From contig JBOZIK010000001.1 in the NCBI GenBank assembly GCA_051453625.1, positions 45,280,422 to 45,313,743 on the forward strand: a stretch of DNA of 33,322 bases, written 5' to 3'. The position numbers and the translations under genes were made by a program. Below, one piece after another: positions 9,069-22,300 of the stretch. This DNA is from Welwitschia mirabilis. Its lineage: Eukaryota. The notes beneath the pieces were generated by a model that worked only from the letters and a program-made list of their open reading frames with translations, had not been told where the DNA came from and did no database searches. Position 1 is the first letter of the stretch. Each line of letters begins with the position of its first letter.

Positions 9069-12000
9069 TCATTCGTGAAATTGGTAATTATTGGGGGGCT
9101 ATCACAATCACTCAAACAAATGATTTAATTATGTCTAAGGCCTCTTTGCTTACCAGTTAAAGCACGTAATGGTTCGTATCCACAACCTAGAGGACAAGTG
9201 TTTCATTAATTGGACTATTATCTCATTGGCAGAAATTAGCAATTATAAATAAAACACAAAGAAAATATAAAAAAATTAATATGTTAATGATGGCAAGAGG
9301 TAATGTTTCAATATGAAATAGAATGGAATTGATAGGTGTGTGATTGAGATAAACTAACGATGGATTAATAAGCCCTCTTTGAAATAATCACATACATTTA
9401 GAAGAAATTTATCAAAAATGTTAAAGCCACTAGATTCAAAATTTATAACATCTCACAAAAATAACTTTTCTTTTTTAAATCAACCTTCCCTTTTCTAATT
9501 TAAAAAATATTCTTGTAAATTATTTATTCATGATGACTCAATGAATAATTTTAAAGAAATAAAAGTTTATTTTCATAACAACTTCTTAAGTCAAACCAAA
9601 TTTAAAAAAAACACTTGCATATGACCACACCGATCTCAATAGTGCACTGGCATTCGACTTCTCCACTACCCAAGGACAAGTTAACTTCTTGTCGTACGTA
9701 CGTAGCCTTTTCCACTATATGTGGCAAAATGCACCATTTCTGTCAACCGAAGATGTACTTGCCTCATGGGAAACATTTTTAGCAGCAAGGCATGCATCCC
9801 ATTTGTAGCTAGGTTATCGGGTCTTGCAGTTTCATGCGTTGTTTGTCCTTGCCCTGCATGCAACTAAAGAATCTGTTGCTTGCCTTATGTTGCTGAGTTG
9901 GTAGCTAAACTTGCACCAGCACAAGATTATGTTCTGGTTTATTTGAAGGCCTCTCTCTAGGATTAGAATGAGAAAATGCAGCTATAGAAATGTTACTAGT
10001 TCTTGCATCCTTCTTTGGCTAAAGAAGACTTGCTTATGTAAAGTCATCTTCTAGTAAGCTTTGTGCGGGAACAGTTGGCAAAAGAAGTAGCCTAGTTTAA
10101 ATGGCATCCAAAATTCTTAGAATACATTGAATAAATGAAACTTGATCATGGTGTTTAAGAGAACTCAAACTAGAATGATATTTTAGTCACCTTTTTAAAT
10201 CTCAGAACTGCTTTTCAGACCCTTTTCGTCATTAAAATGGTTTTTCCTTTTTTTTGCTTCATTCATGAATCATCATCTTAAAATAAATCTTTCCAAATCA
10301 TGTTTCCCAACAAGTTTTTGATATCAGATCAAGAATCTATAGACATAAATTATTTTTCTTTCAACAATAATTCATAATTTTATCAAGAATGTGTTAAATA
10401 AAAGAAACCATGTTTCAAACTTTTCAATATCTTGATTAGAGGAAGATTTTTAAATCAGAATTTATGAGTGTCCTCTGAAACTTGGTTTGAAAGACACAAT
10501 GCTTATAACATAAATCTCTAAGTACACGATTTAAGAGAGCCGTTCAAAAGCATTTATTATGGCTAATAACTAGGAGTTAACAAGATCTTGAAATATTAAA
10601 GAGCTAAGAGATTGTAGCTTGAAATTAGAACTGACATCATAATTGCAACTTGATTTTTCTAACTATGAGTTTGCTTAGGAACCATGAGTTTGTAAATATG
10701 ATTTAATAAAAGTTTTAAAGTAAGATTTTGATACGTTCATGCAAAGATAATATGGACTTATTACATATTAGATTAAGAAAACATTAATCATTAGTTTTTA
10801 TTAGTGTTGGCAAACCTTAAGAAGCGAGCTATCAAGTTTTGAAAAAATGTATAATTTTTAATCCTGTTTTAGAACTCCAAACTCCAAATAATAATGAATA
10901 TCAAACATAATCACTCTTAGCTTTTAAAAGATATAACCTATATTAAAGTTTTAGCAATGGATTTTATCCTTAGGGAATGAATCTTAAGTTAAATTATGAA
11001 AAACCAAAGAAAAAAAGAAGCAAAAAACAAGTAACACCAAAGGATTGTAATAGTTCAATTATGTTAATGTTCACTATAATAAATTTGGTTTCCATTAAAT
11101 AAAATTCTCAATAAGGTCAAAGATTTTCCATTTGTCATGCTCTAAAATCTTTTAGTGTTCCTTTAATATTACAAGATTTTAATGGTCTCTAATTAGATAG
11201 ATGCAAAAGCACAAAGTTCAAATTTCTCTCTTTAGAATATTGATAAGAAGCTCCAGCAATGTCATCTTGACTCTATAAATAAGGATGCGTATTTTAACAG
11301 AGGTTAAAAAAGCATACTTTAATCTTCCAAATTGGAATAGTCTAGGATTTCATAGATATTCTATAGACGTTTTTTAAGATCAATTGGAATATAGTCAAAG
11401 TAGATATCTTTGGCATGATACAAGAATTATAAAAATCAAGAAAGATGTTTAAAGAATTAAATTTCATTTAGGTTTCCACATTATCCAAAAAAAAATTCCA
11501 TAAGATACTTCCATTTAGAATTATAGACACATTGGTTTCTATTCTACTATATAAAATCATATCAAAATCCTTGGTTAATAAAATAAAATAAGTTATCCTA
11601 GATCTCAGTAATGAAGAGTAGGTAGGCTTTGGTAAATATAGAGATTTTTTAGATTAGTGATTTCAGGATAAGAACATGTTTATTTAAGAGATCTCTTAAA
11701 TGCTTAGTTGATTCCTTTCCAACAACTTGTCTCGAAATGCCTTTATTTTATTGAAGAGCTACAAAGTTAATAAGGGATAAAAGTCAATGCAAAACTTCAA
11801 GGTTGATAAGCAAAATTATTAAGTTAGATTAATGAGAAGTAATTTTTAATCACCCCTCTCTATCTCATGTAATGCTACATTGGATTAAAAACAGTTTCAA
11901 AATCAATTAAAAAAATTAAAATATGATTTTATTTTGGGATCAACAAATTGTAAAAGTCTTTACATAGTTCAATAAGGGGATGGGGTTGAAAAAATAACAT

Positions 12001-12247
12001 TTATTGTGGTGTAGGGTGAGGCGTATGGTGGAAGAGGTAGGTAATGTTGAGTATAGGATAGGGACTAGGGTGGAGGTTAAGAAAATAGAAGGCAACCTCT
12101 ACAACAGTTAAAAAATTGGGGTTGTGATTTATTTTTTTTGGAAGGGTGGTCATAATAGCCACCACCAAAGACATAGAATGATAAGCTATTAGGGGAAAGG
12201 CCCACCAAATTTAAAATAGTAGAATATAGATTTGATACAATATAGAT

Positions 12248-13692
12248 ACAAAACCCTCCTTTTCATTCTTAGTCCTTATCCTCATTCTTACTTTCAATGT
12301 ATCCTACTCCATTTGCTAACAAAACCACCTAATTTTTTAATATAACAAATCCCCTCCTATTTTGTAATTTAATGGCTCCAAATCTTTTCCCTTATTCAAC
12401 ATCCCTTTTTTCTCTTCTTATATGTACCCCCTTTCATATACCTTTTTCTCATATGTTTCTCCTCTCCCCTAATCCTTTGGCCCTACCTTCCCATTTGCAT
12501 TACTCCTCTTCTTTGTCTATTAACAAGATGAGTAAGATCTTGTTCAGTAAGAGCTAAATTGCTATCTTGAAGGTAAAAAAAAAGGTCTAAGATCTTCTTT
12601 GACATGAGCTAAATTACTACCTTTTCTCGAGGACATCTACTTAAGGGTGGTATTCACCATATTTAACTACATAGATAACCTTATAATATGCTTGTGTTAG
12701 ATCACACTATTATTGTAGTCTTGAACTGAATAAATGCCTCATGGTTTTGAAGGGCTAACTATAGGATATTAACAAGAAAAAAATCATGATTGTAAACGGC
12801 ACTTGTTGAGGTCTTGTGAAAAGGAAATCGCTAGAGAGTAGAGGCAAAAGTAAAGCTTGTTGGGTCATAGCATTGGCAGACAATGAGCAAATGAGAAACA
12901 TGTCTACTAGAGGTGTTGTGTGAAGTAAGTTATTCAGTGTTTCAATGCCCAAATCTTGGACAACTACATTGTTTGTTAGCATTGAAGGAGAACAAGCCTT
13001 GGAGGTGAAGGTAGAAATAATGTTGGCGTGCTTTACTATAAGGAAAGAAGAAGGAATGTGAAGTGCCGAGAAGGACTAGCGTCAGAGGTGCACTCTGTGG
13101 CTTAGGCAAGACAAGTGAGGTGCCATGAAAAGATGTTACCTAGCATCTGCAAGGGCAGGTATTAGACATCTAAGTCACTTGCTACAGATGCTAGTGACTC
13201 ATGAGGGTTGCAGAGAAAGTGAGGAGATGGAATGAAGGAAGTGAGATCGTGTATAGGATAAGAGATGATAGGGTAAGAAGGGAGGATGATGGGTTAAGAA
13301 AAGAAGAGGAAATGGGAGGGTGAGAAAGGATGGGTTAAGGGAGGTAGGGAAATAAATTGCAGGGGGATGTGAGGAAGGGAATCGTTTAGTTAAACCAATC
13401 CCAAGAGAGAGGGTGGCTAAGGAAATTAGGGAAGAGGGAAGGTAAATGGGAAGGTGGATCCAAGGGATCAGGGGATAGAAAAAATGTATGGGAAGAAGGG
13501 AAATAGGAGGGGAAACATATAGGAAGAGAAGAAAGAAATGTTGAATAAGAGAAAAGATTAGGATCCACTAAATTAGAAAATAGGGGAAGTTTGTTATATT
13601 AAATAATTGTGTGGTTTCGTTAGAAAATGAAGTAGAATACATTAATTATGAGATTGAGGATGAGGACCAAGAATGAGAAAGGGTATTTTATG
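12248..13692. mobile_element. Non-autonomous foldback / Mutator-like (MULE) element with ~250 bp terminal inverted repeats
   Basis: 12248-12497 aligns by eye, at roughly 75-80% identity, to the reverse complement of 13443-13692. The ORF track shows the symmetry too (MAPNLFPYST... on plus vs MDPNLFSYST... on minus). No transposase and no clear TSD. Confidence 0.7.
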
Positions 13693-15196
13693 ACACCCAG
13701 TCTTTTCTTATCCTAATTAAGTACTATATTTTTTTCCTCTTTTTTTCCTTTCTCTTTCTTCATTTTTAAATATTATTACCTAATAGACACAGTGGAACCT
13801 AGGATCAAATTTCACTTATTCCTTTATTAGCATTTTCATATTTTGAGAAAAATAAATTATATTGATTTTATATATTTATCTATAATTGATTCCTAGGTTA
13901 TTTTGGTTTATAAACAATAGCGATGTCATAAATTTGTGTCCTTCATTTCTTTCTATTTTTTCATCACATAGAAAGATATCTTGTAAATTTTTGAGGAGAT
14001 GTGAACATGTTATAAACATACATGGATAAGTTTAAAGATAATACCTAACTAATATAATAGAAGATTAAAACTCCCATTAATGATAGTTCAACTTGATATC
14101 TAGTCACCCTTTAGATGTGAGCTGGTTCTACTTCAGGTTTTAAACTATACAAATATGGCTGGGCTTAATTTCATAAGATTACACTTCAGTTTAATATAAC
14201 CTCAATATAGGTAACAAGCACTATGTGAGGTGGATGCATGCTTACGTCCTTGAAACATATTTGCATAGTGCAACATGATCCATCGATGCCAAGGGCTTGA
14301 GATATTAAGTTGAAGTAAGTTCATACATGGGAAAGGATCTCTATATATAGATAAACAAAAGGTACATAGCTTAAGATCACATGACTTATTATTAATAAGT
14401 GGGATGAGTAATAAGTGACATTAGAGTATAAAAAGAGATTATATTTATGACTCATGCACCTAACTAGGATGAGTAATCTTCTTACTTTAGTTAGCAAGAT
14501 TAGTTAAATGCATCATTTTCTCATGCTAGCTCCTTCTTAATCCTTCATAGGATCATAAGTAAGTTTAATTAATTTAAGACATGTATCAAAAGAATAAATA
14601 CACAAATCTCAAAATTGTCATGTGGCATAATGAGGTGAACTCTTCAATTCCAATGATTAAAATAATAAATATACTATGAATCAAGTGTCCTTACACATCT
14701 GAAGAAGATAGAAATCATATTATAATAAATCTACTGATTTATCATTCTTAGTTCTAGGTAAGAGTGCATATACCTGTTCACATGCTTATTTATTTAACAA
14801 TGCATAAAATCTATTAATCATATAATATAAGGAAGAAAATGTCTATTCATAACAAAGTATACCTATCATATTTACCAAGAATTTAAATGAGTAAATAATA
14901 TGTAAAATATATTATTATGTCTTCTTAAAATTTTCAATTTATCAATTTTATCACGTGATTTTAATTCTTTACATAATGGGGTTATCTAATTTTAAATGTT
15001 TAAATAGATTTTCTTATAAAAACCTTCTAACATAATTATTATCATTTTTATGCTAAATTATGAAAAATACAAACTGAGGTTAGTTTAAAATACCATTTTC
15101 TTTTGATAAAGGCTTTTAAAAGAGTAATTCATCATCTAATTAAAATCTTAATATACTTAATATCTAAGTAATTAAGATATATAAAATATGATGTAT

Positions 15197-15296
15197 NNNN
15201 NNNNNNNNNNNNNNNNNNNNNNNNNNNNNNNNNNNNNNNNNNNNNNNNNNNNNNNNNNNNNNNNNNNNNNNNNNNNNNNNNNNNNNNNNNNNNNNN
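15197..15296. other. Assembly gap (100 N)
   Basis: N-run. Confidence 1.
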
Positions 15297-15342
15297 TAAG
15301 GTTTACAAAATATAGGATATGACATATTTAAAAGAGGAGTAG

Positions 15343-15344
<2 letters not shown>

Positions 15345-15380
<36 letters not shown>
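15345..15380. repeat. (GA)18 microsatellite
   Basis: Perfect GA dinucleotide run. Confidence 0.97.
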
Positions 15381-15384
<4 letters not shown>

Positions 15385-15817
15385 TAAAAGAGATTAGGGG
15401 TAAAAGGAAAATTTAACATAGTGGAATTAGTATTAGGAGGGGGAGGTATTGGTTAAAATACTCTATGTATACATCCAACTAAATGCTAATAATATACATA
15501 GCTTTACTAGTATGGGCTCTACTACTCTATTCATTTTAATCATGGAGTCTGATGTTTGAATAGTTTCTTCTTATTCATTTTTCATTTCTCATTAGGCTTT
15601 GATAGGTACTTATTTTGTTTATAAAGATGTAAAACAAAAAATAAAAAGATACTAGTAATTTGCTATAGATAAGCCAATTCATGAAAACTAATATTTACGA
15701 AAGCTTACTAAAAAACTAACTAAGATGATAAAATCTTTAACTAATTTAGTTTAGATTTTTTTGCCAAGACCATTCTTGAGAACCATTAACCTAAACATCT
15801 TAAGTTAAAGATTGATC

Positions 15818-16773
15818 TTTTTTTTTTTTTTTTTTTTTGAAAGAAAGTTATGTTTTCATTTCATATAAAAATCAGTTTATGTACAAACTCCTTCAAAACC
15901 ACAAAATAAGCTACTTATAGCCAAAACAGCTAAGGGTAAACAAAAATAAAACTATGGATAAAAAAAATGAAACTATGTGAACTGAGGCTGAATGAACATA
16001 AGCTTGCACCAAGTCATGTTCTTGCTATTCCTCTTCATTTTAGTAATCCCTGCCAATTTTAGCTTAAATTGAAATCTGAATTCAGCCATAACCTCTTGCA
16101 CATTAACAATCTTACATCTAAAAACTGCATGATTTTTGACCCTCCATACTAAATAAGGTAGACAAGCAAAGCAAGCTCTGATGATCTTGTCTATGGCATT
16201 GTTACTGCCATATTCATCAAATAACCAGCTATACAACTCATTCCATGAACATGAAGGAGGAGAGATATGCAACAAACTCATAGCTTGGGATAGCACATTG
16301 ATGGAAAACATNNNNNNNNNNNNNNNNNNNNNNNNNNNNNNNNNNNNNNNNNNNNNNNNNNNNNNNNNNNNNNNNNNNNNNNNNNNNNNNNNNNNNNGAT
16401 TCTCTCTAGTCATTATTCTATCCAAGCAGGTAAGCCAACATATAAATCCATGTTTAGGAATCATAAACTTACCTCAAGAAACTATGGTCCATCTCTGTCT
16501 AATCCCTGGAGTTATGATAACAGAATATGCTATAACAGTAGTGAAAGAAACACCTCCCGCAATCCAAATTGGGTTATGAGATGGCCGCACACACTTGAGT
16601 GCTTCATTTCTGAGTTTGAGAATCTTCTTTATGGGCTAAGAGGTCTGTTTCTTAACCTCAAAAGCCTAGAAACTAATCCTACGGAAGTAATATTAATGCA
16701 CCCACTTCACCCACAAGTTTTCCTTCCTTAAAGTGATGTCCCAGATCAAGGTAAGAATTAAAGTAGAGTTGAA
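15818..16773 (-). mobile_element. 5'-truncated L1-clade LINE (3' end of ORF2, 3' UTR, poly(A)) with target-site duplication
   Basis: T21 at 15818-15838 is the poly(A) on the minus strand. The minus frame reads IWDITLRKENLWVKWVH*YY...IPKHGFICWLTCLDRIMTREN...YLVWRVKNHAVF, typical of the plant L1 ORF2 zf-RVT region; the zinc finger itself falls in the gap at 16312-16397. Flanked by aaagattgatctt (15807-15819) and aaagattgacctt (16774-16786). Confidence 0.9.
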
Positions 16774-18834
16774 AAAGATTGACCTTATTAAAAGCAAAAA
16801 AAGTAATATTATATGTATAAAGTATAATATGAAGGAAAAAGATATACTTAAAATAATGCTAGATAACACCTATCTCTAAGTACTATTATATCCTAATATT
16901 TACTAACTATATATATAAGAGAAAAGAAATAAAAACAACCCTACTTTTTCAAAAAATGTAACAAGACATCAGATCTCAAAATAGCTTGGAATCTTGATCT
17001 TAATTTTATATTATGATTACATAAAATACTGATTACAGTGCTTTTCTTTGTAGGTGACACTAGAGTTATGGAGTCATTCGCTACTCTTTTGAGAATGTGC
17101 TAGATCTCTTCATCTTGGATCCTTAGCTTTTATGCCCTCTTTTTTCCTATTTCTAGTTACTTCTCTTTTGCCAAAGATATTTATCCTCCTCTCCTTTTTG
17201 CCTTTTATCACTGTCCTCTCCTATCTTCCCTAATTATTTTTCTTCTTACTTCTTTAAAGGAGCTACATGGAATAGGGTTCATGTTTTTTAGCTATTCTGT
17301 TATCTCTCCTATACCTTCTTACTAAGTAGCATCCTTTTACGTATCTAAAAATGCCATGATGTATATAATAAATGTTACTGATTATTAACCAAGTAAAATA
17401 TTAAGCTAATAGTAAGAAACATGGATCTATTAATAAAACAAAGTATTAGAATAACATGAATTAGGTACATAATGTTTTGGCTCATCATTGTCCCCAAACT
17501 CAAGCTTATATTAGTCCCTTAATAAAATACAAAATGTTTTACTTCTTTATTTTCCTTTTAAAAATAAGTGGTTGATCTTCAAGAGAATCTTAGTTTTCTA
17601 ACTATTTTGTAGATTGACTTGATTATTTTTATTGTTTAAAGTCCTCCATTAATTTTATTTGTTCTTCTTAGAGGGCTAGATCATTTAGATTTATAGATTT
17701 ATCTTCTACCAAAATTGGAGTTTCTTGAATCTTGATGCTTCTCCCCCTTTTTTTCTCCTTTAGAAGAAGTACTTATCACCTACGTTTCTCTTTTTCTTTT
17801 TGACACAGATGAATCCTTTCATCTAATAGCTAGGGTTGTGTAGAAGATAATATGGAGACAGGTATTAGGATGGCTTCTTCCTTGATTCCTTCTCTAGAAG
17901 TTTGCCAGTAAAAAAAAAGGGTATAAGTTTTAGAAGTATCACCTATCTCTACTTTTGAAAAGATATGAGTAAACACACTTCTTATCATATTCATATTAGT
18001 TATGATTTTTTCTCAGACAAGCCTGAGCTAATGTATATCTTGAGAAGGAAACTCCAAATAGACTTATGTCCTATTTACATTTTTCCATAATATTGCTAAT
18101 GGTCATGATATCCATGAGATATCTTGTTCTTTTCACAAATAGATTCATTATATCTTTATCAAAATCATTTTTCAATTTCTACAACTGATCACATGATGCT
18201 TTAAAATTCTTGTGTATTTTAGACCAACCATCTAAAGTTTTTTGAATTACATTTTGGAGTGGTTCTTGAAAACTATTTATACAATCATATAATTTTTGTG
18301 GATAATAATCTAAACTCCAAGGAACTACCAACTCTTGAAAATTGAAATCTATTCTTTTGTTAAGTTAAGCCTCGATCATATGATTTTGAGTAAGAGCTAC
18401 AAATTTTCTTTCTACAAATTTTGAATAATGGTTTAGATATATTCTAAAAAGATTAATATAATATTCTTTCTTAAATTAACTAAGGATTACTCCATACAGT
18501 CATTTATTTTATATCTACCCTACTAAAGCATTTTTCAAATCTTTCCTGCAATTTATAGAGAGAGAATAAAAAATTAAATCGAATTGATTTTCTTCAAGAT
18601 AATTGCTCTTTGGTTGTTTCTTTATTACTTCAGCAAAATTTTGAACTTCTTCCTTTTTTCCTTATAATATAGAGCTAAAAGTGGTATTAACACTTTATTG
18701 GGGGTGCCTGCATTTTCTTAACTTGATCATTGTTGATTTTTCCTAAGTTCATTTTTTTGTTCATTTAATTGCTAAATGAGGCTTTTGTCATCTTCTAAGT
18801 GGATTTGATAAATATCTTTAATGTTTAATGACTT

Positions 18835-18889
18835 AATAAATTTTTTTAAATAGTCCTCTGAATAAATTTTTTTAAATAGTTCTCTGAAT
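18835..18889. repeat. Short tandem duplication (~27 bp x2)
   Basis: aataaattttttt(t)aaatagt(c/t)ctctg repeated head-to-tail. Confidence 0.8.
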
Positions 18890-19344
18890 TAGCCTATATT
18901 TTCATGTATTTTTCATTAATCCCTTAAAGTCAGGATAAATCTACTTAGAATATTCTTTCTTTAGAGGTAAGAGTTCTTTATTATGAATAAATGTGGTAAG
19001 CTTTTGTTATTGCTCCATATTCTGCATCATATTTTTTTTAAGATGACCATGTTTTGTAATAAAGAGACTAGTATTTCAAATTTATCTCTTAACCCACTCT
19101 TTAGAGCATTTTTCTCCTCCAATATTATCTCCAACTTAGTTATCTTTGTATAGGCCCCTTGTAATTTTTTCATCATGTTTGTATAGAGATTTGAGAAGTA
19201 AATTTGAGATGACCTATTCTTAACCTTCTTCTCTAATCTAATATTCTTTCCATTTTTTTCCTCTAATTTTTTCCTCAAAAATTCATTTTCCATATAGATG
19301 CAAGAGTTTTGACTTTTTAGAAGTAAAATATCTTTCTTTAAACT

Positions 19345-22300
19345 ATATTTTTTCTTTAAATGAGTTTAAAGTATTATAGAAACTATCAAATTTATATTCT
19401 TCTAAAGACTTTATGAAAGATTGAAGTGAAGAAATGATTTTCAATAAATGTTTCACATTGAATTATAATATATGTAGTTATTTTGTTTCTATAGATGGTG
19501 GTTCGACACCGAGTAGATCAATTGAAGTACTAGGTTCCCCTTCTTTGTGTTGACCCTTAAAGATACTTAATTCTAGAACTACAAATAATGACTAACATGT
19601 TATTTTAATATGCCATTTATTTATCTTGGGGTTAATCCTTCTATTACTAATCCTAAACCAATAACTCCTAGAGCTCTAACTTTCCTCATTTTTATAATAT
19701 ATTTTAGAATTCCTTTAAAAATTCCTTTTGTGATATGCATGTTCTTTGTTTTGTTTATCTTTTATTGCTTCAAACATATATAATCTTGGTAACATTAGGT
19801 CTTTTTATTGTTTAAGATAAATACTAGAGTACTTACTATCATTTGACAGAGGATAAAAAGTTTAGGTTCCAAATTTTTATTTATTGGAAGTCTCCCATTA
19901 ATGGTGGTTATTGTCAACATATCCATACTCAACTTTGTATCCTCTTTTCTATTGACCTCTTTAATTGGTCTTTTTCCATTTGGTAAATTCAATATTTTTT
20001 GGAATTCCTCTTAAGAAAATGAATATTTTATGTTATAAACAACATTCTCAAGTAAATCTTCTGTCTTATTAAACTCTAAATGTTTATAGAATTCAAAAAC
20101 TATCTTAAAGTTACGCCCTTCTTACATCATTAACTAATCATACCATCCTAATTTGATTATTTGGTGTTTAAAATCTATGAGACATGGATCTATAAGGAAT
20201 TTATATAAGATATAGGGAAGATATGATTCTACATTCTAATAAATAAAAATGTTCTTTAAGATAATTAGAAGTATACTAAAACAGAGGGCTTAGGTTAGCT
20301 AACTTACTTTCAAACTAGTAGGTAAAGGTATCAGTCAGTTTTTAGTTAACCTTTTCTTTAGCCCACTGCCTTAGTAAGATAATAATTCTCAAAAATTTAT
20401 CATATTCATCAAGCTGAAATTGTAAGAATAATAACATTTTTGAGGGTTTCTGTTATAACCCACATTTTGTAAGCTTTAATTAATAAGGTTTCTAAACTAT
20501 GTAAAACATTTTGATATCAATTCTAATGAAAATCTCTTTTTATTGTTAGTGAAGATTTATGCGTAGCCCTATAATCAATAATGTATTATATACATTATAC
20601 ATACATATACGGTTACTTAATTATTTAATCTTAGTCTTGGGTAATTTATTATTTTAAGTTATAATAATGATTATAAGAATTTTAATANNNNNNNNNNNNN
20701 NNNNNNNNNNNNNNNNNNNNNNNNNNNNNNNNNNNNNNNNNNNNNNNNNNNNNNNNNNNNNNNNNNNNNNNNNNNNNNNNNNNNNNNATAAATTTTGGCA
20801 TGTCGTCATAAAGAAGGATTCATTATCTTCTATTGTAAGAAAGGTGATATATTTCCTTTGACTATTGACAACACTATTAACATATGCCCTGTCATTTGTC
20901 TTCTATGTAGTCATCCTTATTGTTATCACATGTCACTACAATGAGCTATTTTGTACTTTTACCATATGTCATTGGAGTTAAAGGTTAAATCTAATGTATC
21001 ATTTAATGGAGCCTACAAGTATAAAGTGATGAACTCCCAAAAAAGATGTAGAGATGTTAATTTTGAGTAATTATACCTTATAAAACTAGTGGCACTAGTA
21101 GTTCTTGATGATGCTAGGGTTTTGTGATAGAATTTCTTCAAGTCTTGAAATATTCTCTAGAAGCAAGCAATAAACCTACTGATGTTATGAGAAAACTCAT
21201 ATTTTTATAAAAAATAATAAAAAAACATAGAAGAATCATTTTTTGATAAATCAATGAGTTTAATGTTTCTACCTATCCAAAATTAATCAATTATACTTGC
21301 TTGGCATGTCAATTTCTACATGTAAACAACAAGAATTTTGATTTTTTTGGAGGGGGAAGCCCTTTTCTTTTAACCAAAGGAAAATTACATTTATTTTCTA
21401 AATGTGTTTAGAGCATTATAGAAACCATAAAATTTATTTTCTTCTAGAGACTTTATGAATGATTTAGATGGAGAAATGGTTTTTAGTACACTATCTCACA
21501 TTGAATTACATTGTCTGCAGTTCTTCTATTTCTATTAAGTAGGGAAGTTGAAGTATTAGGTTCCCCTTGTTCATCCTAACTCTTAAGGAGACTTAGTGTT
21601 TAAAATCCAAATAATGACTGGTATGATATCTTAATATGCTATTTATTTACCTTAGGCTGATCCCTCTATTGTTGAGAAGCCTAGTAATTACTAAGGGAAA
21701 TCCCAAACCAGTAAATCCTAAAGCTCAAACTTTTTTCATTTTTGTAACATATTTTAAAATTTCTTGAAAAACTCCTTCTGTAATATTCACATTACTTTAT
21801 TTTGTGATGTCTTTAATTTATTCATACATATATAACCTTGGTAGCATTAATCCTTTTTTCTTATTTAGAACAAGTACTAGGTCACTTGCTACCATTTGAG
21901 AGAGAATAAAAAGTTCAAGTTTTAGATTTTTATTAATTGAAATCTTTCCATTAATAGTAGTCCTTCCCAACATATTCATACTTAATTTAGTATTATCTTT
22001 CCTATTAACATCTTCAATTTATCTTTCTCCATTTAGTAAATTCACTACTTTTTGGATGTTTTCTTTATAAAAAGAATTTTTTGTGTTAAAAACAACTCTC
22101 TATAGTATATTTTCTACATCATTAAACTTTAAACATTTGTAGAATTTAAAAAATATCTCAAAGTTATGCACCTCTTGCATTGTTAGCCAATCATACCATC
22201 CTAATTTAATTATTCTGTATTTAAAGTCTATTTAATAGGAACCTATAATGATTCCTCTAAAATCTAAGGAAGACATGATTCTACATTATAATAAATAAAA

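Noticed and set aside
9640-10100. Moderately GC-richer stretch with short ORFs (e.g. 9681-9863)
   Set aside because: No recognisable motif or consistent splice structure; it may be a gene or TE relic but cannot be supported.
12372-13568. Two similar short ORFs on opposite strands suggesting paralogous peptides
   Set aside because: They are a by-product of pyrimidine-rich terminal inverted repeats.
16181-16731. Plus-strand ORFs of 132 and 93 aa
   Set aside because: Antisense shadows of the minus-strand LINE ORF2 fragment.
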